From Candidatus Kerfeldbacteria bacterium (GTDB lineage Bacteria > Patescibacteriota > Patescibacteriia > SBBC01 > CAIJZX01), in assembly GCA_016194465.1 (NCBI GenBank), contig JACQBO010000006.1:1-38727 (forward strand): DNA of 38,727 bases. Direction: 5' to 3'. The notes under the pieces are model-generated. The model worked only from the letters and a program-made list of their open reading frames with translations. It made no database searches and was not told the origin of the DNA. Numbering within the stretch: the stretch's first letter is position 1; the number at the start of each line of letters is the position of its first letter. The position numbers and the translations under genes are program-made. Positions 1-9,681 of the stretch are shown here, piece after piece.

Positions 1-1
1 G

Positions 2-970
2 CACCTGCCATCGTGTCTGGAGAGCATTCGCGAGCAAACGCTCCAGCCGCACAGTATTTTAATCGTGGATAATGCCTCGGTCGACGGGACGGTCGAATGG
101 CTACGCGAAGAGTGGCCACATGTCCATCTCCTCCGCAATACAAGGAATATGGGCTTTGGTCGGGCCCATAATCAGGCCCTCCGAATCGGACAACAAGCCT
201 ACGTTCTCATCTTGAATCCCGATGTGGTCCTGACCCCGAATTGGTTGGCGCAAGGCGTCGACTGGATGGAATCGCACCCTCACGCGGGAAGTCTCGGCGG
301 GCTGCTCCGACGTTTCACTTATAGCCGCGAGGAATTGAAAACCGTAGAGTTTTCTGATATAATAGACAGCGCTGGCTTGCATGGCTTTCGCAGTCGCCAC
401 TTCGTTGATCGGGGCGCCGGCCTGGTTGATCGTGGGCAGTTTGGGCAACCCGAACAAGTCTTTGGCCTTAGCGGTGCCTGCGTTTTATTTCGACGCGAGG
501 CGCTCGAAAGCATCAGATGGAAAAATGAGTTCTTTGACGAAGATTTTTTTGGCTACAAAGAAGATATCGACTTGGCCTGGCGGCTTCAGCGTCAAGGGTG
601 GGAAGCTTGGTTTGTGCCACGGCTGGTGGCGTATCACCACCGGCATATCCAAGGAGCCGAGCGTCAATCGACCCGGGCGATTATCCATCATCACCGCTCG
701 CGAGACCGGATGATCGCCGCGTATTCCTACCGTAATCATTGGTTGCTGCTACTGAAACACGAATCAGCTCAGACCTGGCTCCGAGATTGGCCTTGGATCC
801 TCGCCTACGAACTAAAAAAACTCGCTTTCACCGTGATCCAGCGACCGAGCAACCTCAGCGTTTTGATCAGTGTCATTCGACTCTTTCCGCGTATGCGCCA
901 AAAAGCCCACGTCATGAATCATCAGGCCAAACAACCCTCCATCCAAGTTCGCCGCTGGTTTCTTCGGTAA
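2..970 (+). CDS. GT2 family glycosyltransferase (5' end outside window)
   Basis: Frame is open from base 2 (HLPSCLESIREQ...ILIVDNASVDGT). Motifs NMGFGRAHN, LNPD, GLSGAC, FDEDFFGYKEDIDL. Confidence 0.9.
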   Translation, partial: HLPSCLESIREQTLQPHSILIVDNASVDGTVEWLREEWPHVHLLRNTRNMGFGRAHNQALRIGQQAYVLILNPDVVLTPNWLAQGVDWMESHPHAGSLGGLLRRFTYSREELKTVEFSDIIDSAGLHGFRSRHFVDRGAGLVDRGQFGQPEQVFGLSGACVLFRREALESIRWKNEFFDEDFFGYKEDIDLAWRLQRQGWEAWFVPRLVAYHHRHIQGAERQSTRAIIHHHRSRDRMIAAYSYRNHWLLLLKHESAQTWLRDWPWILAYELKKLAFTVIQRPSNLSVLISVIRLFPRMRQKAHVMNHQAKQPSIQVRRWFLR

Positions 971-976
971 GACCCT

Positions 977-1786
977 ATGGAACTCTCGATCGTTATTCTG
1001 AACTATAAGACCAAAGGCTTACTCAAGCAGTGTTTACGGGGCATTAACGACAGCCACCTGATACCCGGCCACGAGGTCATCGTCGTCGATAACCATTCGC
1101 TTGATGGCAGCGCGGAGATGGTTCGTGAGCAATTTCCGCGCGTGCAGTTGATCGCGGCCAACGTCAATCATGGCTTTGCGGCCGGGATGAACCTCGGTTG
1201 GCATCAGGCCAAAGGCGAATACGTCCTCATGCTCAACCCCGATGTAGCCGTCTTTGGGGTAGCGGTAGAAGAACTCTTAGCCTACCTCCGCCGGCATCCA
1301 CGCGTTGGCTTAGCCGCACCGAAGCTTATCAACCCTGATGGCAGCAGCCAAATTTCCGCTTTTCGTTTTCCGACCTGGGCCATCCCCGTACTTCGGCGCA
1401 CGGGCCTCGGCTACCTTCCGTTTGCCCGCCGGCGCCTCCGACGCTACCTGATGGCCGAATGGAACCGTCAAGACAACCGCCCGGTCGGCTGGGTGCTTGG
1501 GGCGTGTATGCTTGTTCGTCGCCAGGCCTTAGTCGAGGCTGGCGGGCTTGATGAAAGATTTTTTCTCTACTTTGAAGACGTTGACCTCTGCCGCCGTTTT
1601 TGGCAGGCAGGCTGGGAAGTACATTTTGTGGCTGACGCCGAAATGGTTCATTACCATCGGCGCCTGTCGGCTGATGGCTCGGCCTGGCAAACGCTCTTTT
1701 CATACCCAAACCGAGTACATATTCGAAGCGCCATAAAATACTTTCTCAAGTTTGCCGGCAGTCCTCAACCACCTCATCATCTTTAA
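977..1786 (+). CDS. GT2 family glycosyltransferase, WbbL/rhamnosyltransferase-like
   Basis: ELSIVILNY, VVDNHSLDGS, LNPD, WVLGACML, LDERFFLYFEDVDLC. Confidence 0.9.
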   Translation: MELSIVILNYKTKGLLKQCLRGINDSHLIPGHEVIVVDNHSLDGSAEMVREQFPRVQLIAANVNHGFAAGMNLGWHQAKGEYVLMLNPDVAVFGVAVEELLAYLRRHPRVGLAAPKLINPDGSSQISAFRFPTWAIPVLRRTGLGYLPFARRRLRRYLMAEWNRQDNRPVGWVLGACMLVRRQALVEAGGLDERFFLYFEDVDLCRRFWQAGWEVHFVADAEMVHYHRRLSADGSAWQTLFSYPNRVHIRSAIKYFLKFAGSPQPPHHL

Positions 1787-1792
1787 TCGTCT

Positions 1793-3745
1793 ATGATCAA
1801 ACTTCGCAAGATGAATATGTCAGTTTCACTCATGCCCCGAATGGGGAAAAAACGCAGCTGGTGGCGACCCTGGATGACCTGGACCAGTATTGGGTTGGGG
1901 TCCGTACTCGTTTTGATTTTAGCCGTGGCAGCATATTATTACCCGAAAGCCCGGCAGGTGCTTGGGGACGTGCGACACTTAGAAACTGTGGCCCGAAAAA
2001 TTTCTAGCGATGTGGGCCAACAAAAATTCGCCGCGGCCACCGAACAGGTCCATAGTTTGCAGGGCGCGATCGATCAAACAACTTTGGATCTGCACCGGAT
2101 GGCCGGTTTAAGTCGCTGGCCATATATTGGTCGTCAATACCAAACCGCAGACAAGCTCTTGCACTTAGCCAGTCCGGCCAGCCAAGCTGTGGCCGCCCTG
2201 ATCGATTTTGCTAATCATCTCTTTGCTCCTTTTTCCGGTCAAGGGACGGTCAGTCTTTCCAGCATTTCTCCCGCCCAAAAAGGGCAATTGCTGGCCGGTA
2301 TGGCGAATCAACAGGAAAGTTTGCAGGCGGCGCGGACCGCGATCCACCATGCCGGTGATATATTGGAGACGATCCCAGACCGCGGACTCATCGGGCCACT
2401 CCAAAAACAAATCACGCCGCTCAAAGAGCAATTTCCTTTAATTGAACGGGCCCTGGACCAAGCCATTCCCGCAACGCACGTGTTACCCGCTATCCTTGGT
2501 TACCCGGCCGCTAAATCATACCTCTTTCTGTTAGAGAATAATACGGAGTTACGGCCGGCCGGAGGTTTTATTGGCACCTATGGGGTACTCAAAGTAAGTT
2601 CCGGGGATATCGTTTCCCTCAAAACGGACAATAGTTATAATCTTGACGAGGCGGCGAAAAAACTTCCCGTCGTCGCACCACCAGCCCCCTTGACCAAGTA
2701 TTTAAAAGCCGACGCCTGGTATTTTCGTGATGCCAACTGGTCGCCAGACTTTCCCACCGCGGCAAAACAAGCCCTCTTCTTTTATCAACGAGAAGGTGGT
2801 CAAAAAAATATGGATGGGGTGATTGGCGTGACACCCACGACCATCACCGCACTCTTACAGTTAGTCGGTCCGATCACCATCGGCTCGACTACCTTCACGG
2901 CCGATAACTTCACCACGAAGCTCCAATACTACGTTGATTTGGGCTACGCTAAAAATGGCATGGACATCAGTCAGCGAAAAGACATCATCGGTCCGATGAC
3001 CAAAGAACTGGTTGATCGACTCTTGAAATTGCCGTTGTCCCGTTGGAAGGATGTTTTCTTAGTTATGAATGAACAACTGAATGATAAACAGTTCATGTTC
3101 TATTTGAAGGATCAGGCCTTAGAAAGCATTTTGACTGACCAAAACTGGGGCGGGGCCATGGTTGACGCCGCAAAAAGCGATTACTTGGCGGTCATTGATG
3201 CCAACTTGGCTAGCCTGAAAAGCGATCCGGCCGTCGATCGTTCATACGCCTATGCCTTGAAACTTGACGGGGCCCGCCCAGACGCGACCCTGACCGTTCA
3301 TTATCACCACACGGGAAAGTTCGGATGGAAAACTACTCGGTATAACACCTTTGTTCGGGTATATGTACCGGCGGGTAGTCAGCTCATCGACAGTAGAGGG
3401 CCACAGCTTCGTGAAAAATCTACCAAGGCTGGAGAAGTCACCACCACGACCGAACTGGGGAAAACCGTTTTTTCCGCTTTCAAGTCGATCGAGCCGGGAA
3501 CCGACAGTGACCTGGTCCTCCATTATACCTTGCCGGCCGACCTGGTCTTCTCACGAACCTATGATCTTGTGTGGCAAAAACAGCCAGGAGCGATTGGCCG
3601 GACGGTGAGCCTGGTGATCAAGCGCCCGGGCCATAAAGTCAGCTTGGTTGAAGGGATTGACACCATGGCGAAAATAGACCAAGATAGCGTCTCATTCAGC
3701 GATACCCTGGAACAGGATCGCACGATGCATATTCACTACCGCTAG
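1793..3745 (+). CDS. Membrane-anchored DUF4012-domain protein
   Basis: N-terminal TM helix and helical stalk, then YLFLLENNTELRPAGGFIG, FRDANWSPDFP and DGVIGV motifs typical of DUF4012. True start may be a later Met. Confidence 0.8.
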   Translation: MIKLRKMNMSVSLMPRMGKKRSWWRPWMTWTSIGLGSVLVLILAVAAYYYPKARQVLGDVRHLETVARKISSDVGQQKFAAATEQVHSLQGAIDQTTLDLHRMAGLSRWPYIGRQYQTADKLLHLASPASQAVAALIDFANHLFAPFSGQGTVSLSSISPAQKGQLLAGMANQQESLQAARTAIHHAGDILETIPDRGLIGPLQKQITPLKEQFPLIERALDQAIPATHVLPAILGYPAAKSYLFLLENNTELRPAGGFIGTYGVLKVSSGDIVSLKTDNSYNLDEAAKKLPVVAPPAPLTKYLKADAWYFRDANWSPDFPTAAKQALFFYQREGGQKNMDGVIGVTPTTITALLQLVGPITIGSTTFTADNFTTKLQYYVDLGYAKNGMDISQRKDIIGPMTKELVDRLLKLPLSRWKDVFLVMNEQLNDKQFMFYLKDQALESILTDQNWGGAMVDAAKSDYLAVIDANLASLKSDPAVDRSYAYALKLDGARPDATLTVHYHHTGKFGWKTTRYNTFVRVYVPAGSQLIDSRGPQLREKSTKAGEVTTTTELGKTVFSAFKSIEPGTDSDLVLHYTLPADLVFSRTYDLVWQKQPGAIGRTVSLVIKRPGHKVSLVEGIDTMAKIDQDSVSFSDTLEQDRTMHIHYR

Positions 3746-3751
3746 CTATTC

Positions 3752-4765
3752 ATGGGATTTTTAACTCGACAGGTCGGAATCGACCTTGGGACGACGTATA
3801 CCCTCGTTCATTTACCTGGTCGAGGGATTGTTCTCAACGAGCCTTCCGTTGTGGCCATGTCTTTGATTGATAAAAAAGTCCTCGCCGTCGGGGACGAAGC
3901 CAAAGAAATGATCGGTCGGACACCGGACACTATTGTCGCCTCCCGCCCACTCAAGGACGGGGTGATTGCTGATTATCGGGTGACCGAAGCCATGCTCAGT
4001 TATTTTATCAACAAGGCCTTAGGCGGGGTAAGGTTTTTACGGGCCGAAGTTATGATCGCCGTCCCCGGCGGTATTACCTCGACCGAGCGCCGGGCCGTGA
4101 TTGACGCCACCTTGGCCGCCGGGGCGAAAGCGGCCTACATTATTAAAGAGCCGATTGCCGCGGCCATCGGCGCCAACATTCCGATCGGCTCACCGTCGGG
4201 GCACATGATTATTGATATCGGCGGTGGTACATCGGAAATTGCCGTCATCTCCTTGGGAGGCATCGTCGTCAATACCTCGGTGCGCATCGGCGGCAACAAG
4301 CTCGACTATGCCATTCAAGAATTTGTCCGAAAAAAATACGGGTTAGCGATTGGCGAACGCACGGCGGAAGAGATCAAAATCTCTATTGGCAGTGCCATGA
4401 TGATGGACGAAAAACTGTCCAGCGATGTCCGGGGTCGCGATATGATCACCGGATTACCAAAAACGGTATCGATTATCTCCGACGACGTGACCGAGGCGAT
4501 TCAAAATGAGTTAGCCGGTATTATCCAAGCGGTCAAGAATGTGCTGCAGGAGACACCGCCCGAATTATCCGCCGACGTGATGGATAAGGGTATGATTCTG
4601 AGCGGGGGCTCATCGCTCTTGCGTCATATTGATACGCTGATGTCCCAAGCGATTGGCGTACCGGCCTATGTGGCCGATGAGCCACTGCTCTGTGTGGCCC
4701 GAGGCACCGGGATCGCCTTGGACAATCTCGAGTCCTACAAGCGGAGTATCCTGTTCACAAAATAA
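3752..4765 (+). CDS. mreB: MreB/Mbl actin-like rod-shape protein (copy 1)
   Basis: GIDLGT, NEPSVVA, RPLKDGVIAD, EPIAAAIGA, DIGGGTSEIAVISLGG, TPPELSAD. Confidence 0.93.
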   Translation: MGFLTRQVGIDLGTTYTLVHLPGRGIVLNEPSVVAMSLIDKKVLAVGDEAKEMIGRTPDTIVASRPLKDGVIADYRVTEAMLSYFINKALGGVRFLRAEVMIAVPGGITSTERRAVIDATLAAGAKAAYIIKEPIAAAIGANIPIGSPSGHMIIDIGGGTSEIAVISLGGIVVNTSVRIGGNKLDYAIQEFVRKKYGLAIGERTAEEIKISIGSAMMMDEKLSSDVRGRDMITGLPKTVSIISDDVTEAIQNELAGIIQAVKNVLQETPPELSADVMDKGMILSGGSSLLRHIDTLMSQAIGVPAYVADEPLLCVARGTGIALDNLESYKRSILFTK

Positions 4766-6000
4766 TGCTCATTGGCATTGATGCTTCGCGAGCCAATGCC
4801 GCCCACAAAACAGGGACGGAGTGGTACAGTTGGCACCTCATCCGGGCATTGACCCCTTTCCTTGAGGGGCATACCCTCCGACTCTACTTTCGCGAGACAC
4901 CGGAGCCAGCGTTAGCCGACCTCGGCTCTCATGTGGAAACGCGAGTCTTGCCATGGTCGCCAGGCTTGCTCTGGTCGCACATTCGATTGTCATGGGAACT
5001 ACTCTGGCATCGGCCCGATGTGCTCTTTATCCCGGCGGACACGATTCCGCTTATCCACCCCCCGGCCACGTATACGACCATTCATGATGTGGCCTTTGAA
5101 CGATTTCCAGAATTATATCGCGGCCGCTCGGTGCAACGGCGTCTTAGCTGGCTGCGACCTTTGGTCCATGTGCTGGTCCGTCTTTTCACGCTTGGGAAAT
5201 ATAGCGCCTCGGAGCGAGATTACCACCGCTGGTCCGCCCGACACGCTGTCCGGAGCAGCCGAGCACTTTTGACTGTGTCCGAGTTTTCTAAACAAGAAAT
5301 TGTCAGCACCCTCGGGGCCCATCCGGAGCAAATCCACGTGACCTACCTGGGCATTGCCCAGCCCGAAGAATTTCAACACCTTGACCGTCAAATCTGTGCG
5401 CGAGTCTTAGATGCGCATCAACTCGTTCACCCTTACTTTCTCTTTGTCGGGCGTTTAGAGAAGAAGAAAAACATCGCCCATCTTCTCCGGAGTTACAAGC
5501 TCTACCAACACTTTTCGCCGGATCCGATCGACTTCGTCTTGGTTGGTCAACCTGGTTTTGGGTGGTCGGAGGCCGCACAGGTCATCGAGACGCTGCCCAA
5601 TGCCAATTCAGTTCATCAGATCGGGTGGCAGGATGACCTGACGATCAAAATACTGGAAAAGACGGCCCGGGCCATGGTCTTTGTGTCTCGCTATGAAGGA
5701 TTCGGGCTGCCGCCGCTTGAAGCTCAGAGCGCCGGCGTGCCGGTCGTGGCCAGTCGGGCCGGCTCGCTGCCTGAAGTGTTGGGGCAGGCGGCGGTCTTTG
5801 TTGAGCTCGACGACATCATTGGTTTAGCCCAGGCAATGGAGACTATCAGTTCTGACCACCAACTCCGGAATCGACTCATAGCCGCTGGCCAAAAAAACGC
5901 GCGACGCTTTACTTGGCAGAAGACGGCAGCCCGTACGGCGTCCATACTTTTAGGCCTAACCGAGGACTTGCAAAAAGACGGCAATGGTGGTAGACTATAG
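4765..6000 (+). CDS. GT4 (GT-B fold) glycosyltransferase
   Basis: TIHDVAF, FVGRLEKKKN, YEGFGLPPLEA, SLPEVLG, FTW. TAATG overlap with mreB. Confidence 0.9.
   Translation: MLIGIDASRANAAHKTGTEWYSWHLIRALTPFLEGHTLRLYFRETPEPALADLGSHVETRVLPWSPGLLWSHIRLSWELLWHRPDVLFIPADTIPLIHPPATYTTIHDVAFERFPELYRGRSVQRRLSWLRPLVHVLVRLFTLGKYSASERDYHRWSARHAVRSSRALLTVSEFSKQEIVSTLGAHPEQIHVTYLGIAQPEEFQHLDRQICARVLDAHQLVHPYFLFVGRLEKKKNIAHLLRSYKLYQHFSPDPIDFVLVGQPGFGWSEAAQVIETLPNANSVHQIGWQDDLTIKILEKTARAMVFVSRYEGFGLPPLEAQSAGVPVVASRAGSLPEVLGQAAVFVELDDIIGLAQAMETISSDHQLRNRLIAAGQKNARRFTWQKTAARTASILLGLTEDLQKDGNGGRL
5968..5996 (+). promoter_or_regulatory. Putative sigma70 promoter for holB operon
   Basis: TTGCAA(5968-5973)-17 bp-TAGACT(5991-5996), with TG extension. 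Confidence 0.55.
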
Positions 6001-6021
6001 CCCGTAACTTTCCTGAAATTT

Positions 6022-6990
6022 GTGGCATCCAAGCAACACTGGCCATCCATTGGCCAAGGTCAACTGGTCGACGAGTTAGTATCCGCCCTGGATCAACATC
6101 GCCTCCATTCAGTTATTATTTTTGCTGGCCCGCAAGGGGTGGGGAAAAGAGCCGGCGCTCGCTGGTTGATACAATATGATCTTTGCCAGGCTTCCCGCGC
6201 CGAGCGTCCCTGTCAGCGTTGTCCATCATGTCTGCGACTCCTGAACAACCAGCACCCGCAATGCCAGATTATCGAAGGAGCCAACGATACTGGCATCAGC
6301 GTGGATACCGTCCGGGCCCTACACCAGGTCGGTTTGGTCAAGTTGGAACCAGAGGAGCATCGCTGGATATTGGTGGAAAATGCTGACCAGCTAACGGAAA
6401 GCGCGGCCAATGCGTGGTTGAAGTTTCTTGAAGAGCCCCCACCGAACGTGTATGTCCTGATGACCACCAGCCAGCTCGAGCTCCTGCCGACGACCATTCG
6501 CTCTCGCTCCGCCGTCTATCATTGGCGGCTTGTGTCTCGGGTCGCGCTCACCCGGTACTTCGCGACCGAAGCGCCGACCGCCGGAACGCAAAAAATAGAT
6601 CAGGTGGTATCTCGTTTAGCTGGCCGGCCGGCCACCGCCAAGAGCCTGGCGGCTGAAGAAGTGAGCATGCAAAAAGAAATTGGCGGCCTCAATATTTTTT
6701 TTCAAGACTTGCAGCAGCATGCAGATACGGTCGGCGCCTCTTTCGATGAGGCAGAGTTAGAAAGCTATTTTGCGCTGCGGGAGCTCGGATTACGTGAACT
6801 GCTCTTGATTGCCCACCACGCCTGGCGACGACTCTTATGGCCGGCCCAAGCGGTCAACTGGCAACCGATCGCGCGAGCGATTGGGGCACAAAATATTTTG
6901 GCGCTGCTGATTCGATACCAAGCACGCTACGAGTATTTACATCATCATGTTCAAGCAAAACTTCTCGCCCATGACCTCCAAATGGAATAA
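6022..6990 (+). CDS. holB: DNA polymerase III delta' subunit (divergent)
   Basis: GPQGVGK Walker A-like motif, C..PCQRCPSC zinc module, AANAWLKFLEEPP, LLPTTIRSR. Confidence 0.85.
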   Translation: MASKQHWPSIGQGQLVDELVSALDQHRLHSVIIFAGPQGVGKRAGARWLIQYDLCQASRAERPCQRCPSCLRLLNNQHPQCQIIEGANDTGISVDTVRALHQVGLVKLEPEEHRWILVENADQLTESAANAWLKFLEEPPPNVYVLMTTSQLELLPTTIRSRSAVYHWRLVSRVALTRYFATEAPTAGTQKIDQVVSRLAGRPATAKSLAAEEVSMQKEIGGLNIFFQDLQQHADTVGASFDEAELESYFALRELGLRELLLIAHHAWRRLLWPAQAVNWQPIARAIGAQNILALLIRYQARYEYLHHHVQAKLLAHDLQME

Positions 6991-8038
6991 AAAATATTGG
7001 TTGGTATTCTTGTCCTTGATCCTGCTGGGACAAAGCTGCAGTATCTCGCTCGGGTCGAATGCCGTCGCTGATGGGGGAGTCTTCCGATCGGACGACGGCG
7101 GGCAGACGTGGCAGCAGAAAACATTTGTCCGCCAAGACAAAAAACAGATCCAGAGCATCAGTAATGTCAATGGAGAAGTTGTAGCCTTTGATCCGCAGAA
7201 CAAAGATACCCTCTATCTGGGCACTCGAGAAAATGGCGTTTGGCGCACGACCAATGGGGGTGATAGCTGGACACCGACGAGCTTGAAGTCGGGCGACTAC
7301 CCCTGTTTGCAGTTTGATCCATCCAACACTTCTATTCTCTACACGGTCAGTGGCCCACTCGTACTCAAGAGCCTCGACGCTGGACAATCATGGCAGACGC
7401 TCTATACCGAATCACAGCCGGAACAAACCGTTACCTGCGTGGCCGTCGATCCACTCCACGGCAACACGGTCTGGGTCGTGACCTCGGGCGGTAAAATACT
7501 CCTCAGCGATGATTATGGCCATAACTGGACCTTGGTGCACACGATTCCCTCGGGGGTGGTACGAGCCATGGAAGTTCTCAAGAACGGTTCCGGCACCCTG
7601 GCCATCTTCACGAAAACGAATGGCATTTTCCTCGGCACCGGCCGGGGCAGCGCCTGGGAAGACCTCAGCGTTAACCTCCAGGCCTTTCCCGGCGCCACCG
7701 ATATTCGCAGTGTTGATTTGGTGGAAATGGCCGCCGAGCGGTGGTTCTTGGGGACGGCGAACGGCCTGCTCTCAAGCTCAGACCAAGGCAAAAATTGGAC
7801 GTCTATTCCCACCTTGCTGACGCCACAGAGTATTCCGGTTAATGCCGTCGCGGTCAACCCCGAAAATGGTAATGAGATTTTCTTGACGGTGAACCAAAAA
7901 CTACACCATACTCGTGATGGCGGGGCGACGTGGTCCGTGACCACCTTACCCACCAGCCGCTTGCCGGTGATCCTGGCATTCGATCCGCACCAAACTGATC
8001 GACTCTTTTTCTCCACGTTAAAGATAAAGAAGAAATGA
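6971..8038 (+). CDS. Exported Asp-box (BNR) beta-propeller protein, YCF48/VPS10-like, with lipobox-like N-terminus
   Basis: About seven S/T-x-D-x-G-x-T/S-W-type repeats (RSDDGGQTW, RTTNGGDSW, KSLDAGQSW, LSDDYGHNW, GTGRGSAW, SSDQGKNW, TRDGGATW). N-terminus MTSKWNKKYWLVFLSLILLGQSC. Confidence 0.8.
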   Translation: MTSKWNKKYWLVFLSLILLGQSCSISLGSNAVADGGVFRSDDGGQTWQQKTFVRQDKKQIQSISNVNGEVVAFDPQNKDTLYLGTRENGVWRTTNGGDSWTPTSLKSGDYPCLQFDPSNTSILYTVSGPLVLKSLDAGQSWQTLYTESQPEQTVTCVAVDPLHGNTVWVVTSGGKILLSDDYGHNWTLVHTIPSGVVRAMEVLKNGSGTLAIFTKTNGIFLGTGRGSAWEDLSVNLQAFPGATDIRSVDLVEMAAERWFLGTANGLLSSSDQGKNWTSIPTLLTPQSIPVNAVAVNPENGNEIFLTVNQKLHHTRDGGATWSVTTLPTSRLPVILAFDPHQTDRLFFSTLKIKKK

Positions 8039-8577
8039 TATCCTCTTCAGCTCGCTTTCAGCCCATCCTGACACATTTGAAAAAAGAATTATCGGGTATC
8101 CACACCGGCCGGGCCACCCCCAGCCTGGTGGAACATGTGATCGTCGAAGCTTATGGGACCAAAAGTCCCTTGCAGTCCCTGGCGGCCATTCATGCGCCCG
8201 AACCCCAGTTGTTAGTGGTTGAACCCTGGGACTCAGGTGTGACGAAAGAGATTGAACAGGCGCTGCGCGACACAGATCTTGGGGTCAATCCCGTGGTTGA
8301 CGGAAAGGTGATTCGCCTTCCTTTTCCGTCGATGTCCGACGAGCGGCGCCAACGCATGCAAAAAATTATCCAGGAGCGTGCGGAAGGGGCCAAAGTGAGT
8401 ATCCGCCAGGTGCGTGAAGAGTTGATCAAAACGGTGCGCGCCGATCAGAAAAACGGGACTCTGTCCGAGGACCAGATGAAGCTTGAATTGAAAAATATTC
8501 AGTCCGTCGTTGACGATCTGGTCAAAAAAATCGAAGCGATGGTCGAGGGAAAAACAAAAGAAATACTGACTGTCTAA
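8035..8577 (+). CDS. frr: Ribosome recycling factor
   Basis: IHTGRATPSLV, AYG, PWD, LGVNPVVDGKVIRLPFP, KVSIRQVR. Confidence 0.95.
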   Translation: MISSSARFQPILTHLKKELSGIHTGRATPSLVEHVIVEAYGTKSPLQSLAAIHAPEPQLLVVEPWDSGVTKEIEQALRDTDLGVNPVVDGKVIRLPFPSMSDERRQRMQKIIQERAEGAKVSIRQVREELIKTVRADQKNGTLSEDQMKLELKNIQSVVDDLVKKIEAMVEGKTKEILTV

Positions 8578-8579
8578 TT

Positions 8580-9680
8580 ATGGCGATGCTCCTCTTTGTC
8601 CTCATTTTAAGTCTGTTAGTATTTGTGCACGAAAGTGGTCATTTTATTGCCGCCCGAAAATCTGGCGTCGTCGTCGACGAGTTTGGTTTCGGATTTCCCC
8701 CACGTCTTTTTTCCTTTCGTAGCCACGCGACTCTTTGGTCGCTCAATCTCATTCCTTTCGGCGGGTTCGTCCGCCTCAAAGGAGAGCGGAACGATGATGC
8801 TGCCCAGCCAGGTAGTTTTGCCACTGCCGGTGTCGGCAAAAGAATGATTATTTTGGCGGCCGGCGTACTCATGAACTACCTTTTAGCCTGGTTGATTTTT
8901 TCCTTGGTCCTGGTACATGGCACGAGAGTCGACCAGAGCCAGGTACCCTCGGACCGCTGGCACCGGTGGACCGGCGCCGAGACCGAAGCGATCGTGGCCG
9001 CGGGCAGCCCGGCGGCCAAAGCCGGGCTCGCGGAGCGGGAGCCCATTATCAGCATTAATGGTCAGGCATTAGATTCCACCGAACAAGTGATTGATTTTGC
9101 CAAGAAAAACGGTTATCCCACCCTGTCCATCCGGACCAGTCGACAAGGCCAAGAACGAACGATCACCATTACCCCCTCACGTATCAACGCCGCGACGCCG
9201 CATTATGGGTTCGGTTTAGAACGGGTCGGCACCTTAGCCTACCCTTGGTATGTGGCGCCATGGTATGGTGGCGCCACCACCATCTCCCTTTCGTGGCAAA
9301 CGATCAAGGGCTTAGCGGGTATTGTGGGACAACTGGTGGCGCATGGTCGGGTCAGCGGCGAGGTCACTGGTCCGGTCGGGATTGCGGTTTTAACTGGCCA
9401 AGTCCGCCATTTAGGCTGGGCCACCACCGCCCAGTTTGTCGGCGTCCTGTCGCTCAGTTTAGCGGTTATTAATTTTCTACCAATCCCGGCGCTCGACGGC
9501 GGCCGAGCGGCTTTCGTTTTGTTTGAGCATTTGCGGGGAAAGCGGGTTGACCCAAAAATTGAAAATGTCATCCACAGCGTAGGATTCTACATGCTCGTCG
9601 GTCTGGTGGTCCTTATCTCCGTCAGAGATGTGCAACGTTTCGGCATTCTCCAGCGCCTAACTACTCTTTTCCACTCGTAA
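8580..9680 (+). CDS. rseP: RIP zinc metalloprotease RseP (M50) with PDZ domain
   Basis: HESGH, IPFGGFV, AGVLMN, GSPAAKAGL (PDZ), GPVGI, NFLPIPALDGG. Confidence 0.93.
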   Translation: MAMLLFVLILSLLVFVHESGHFIAARKSGVVVDEFGFGFPPRLFSFRSHATLWSLNLIPFGGFVRLKGERNDDAAQPGSFATAGVGKRMIILAAGVLMNYLLAWLIFSLVLVHGTRVDQSQVPSDRWHRWTGAETEAIVAAGSPAAKAGLAEREPIISINGQALDSTEQVIDFAKKNGYPTLSIRTSRQGQERTITITPSRINAATPHYGFGLERVGTLAYPWYVAPWYGGATTISLSWQTIKGLAGIVGQLVAHGRVSGEVTGPVGIAVLTGQVRHLGWATTAQFVGVLSLSLAVINFLPIPALDGGRAAFVLFEHLRGKRVDPKIENVIHSVGFYMLVGLVVLISVRDVQRFGILQRLTTLFHS

Positions 9681-9681
9681 C

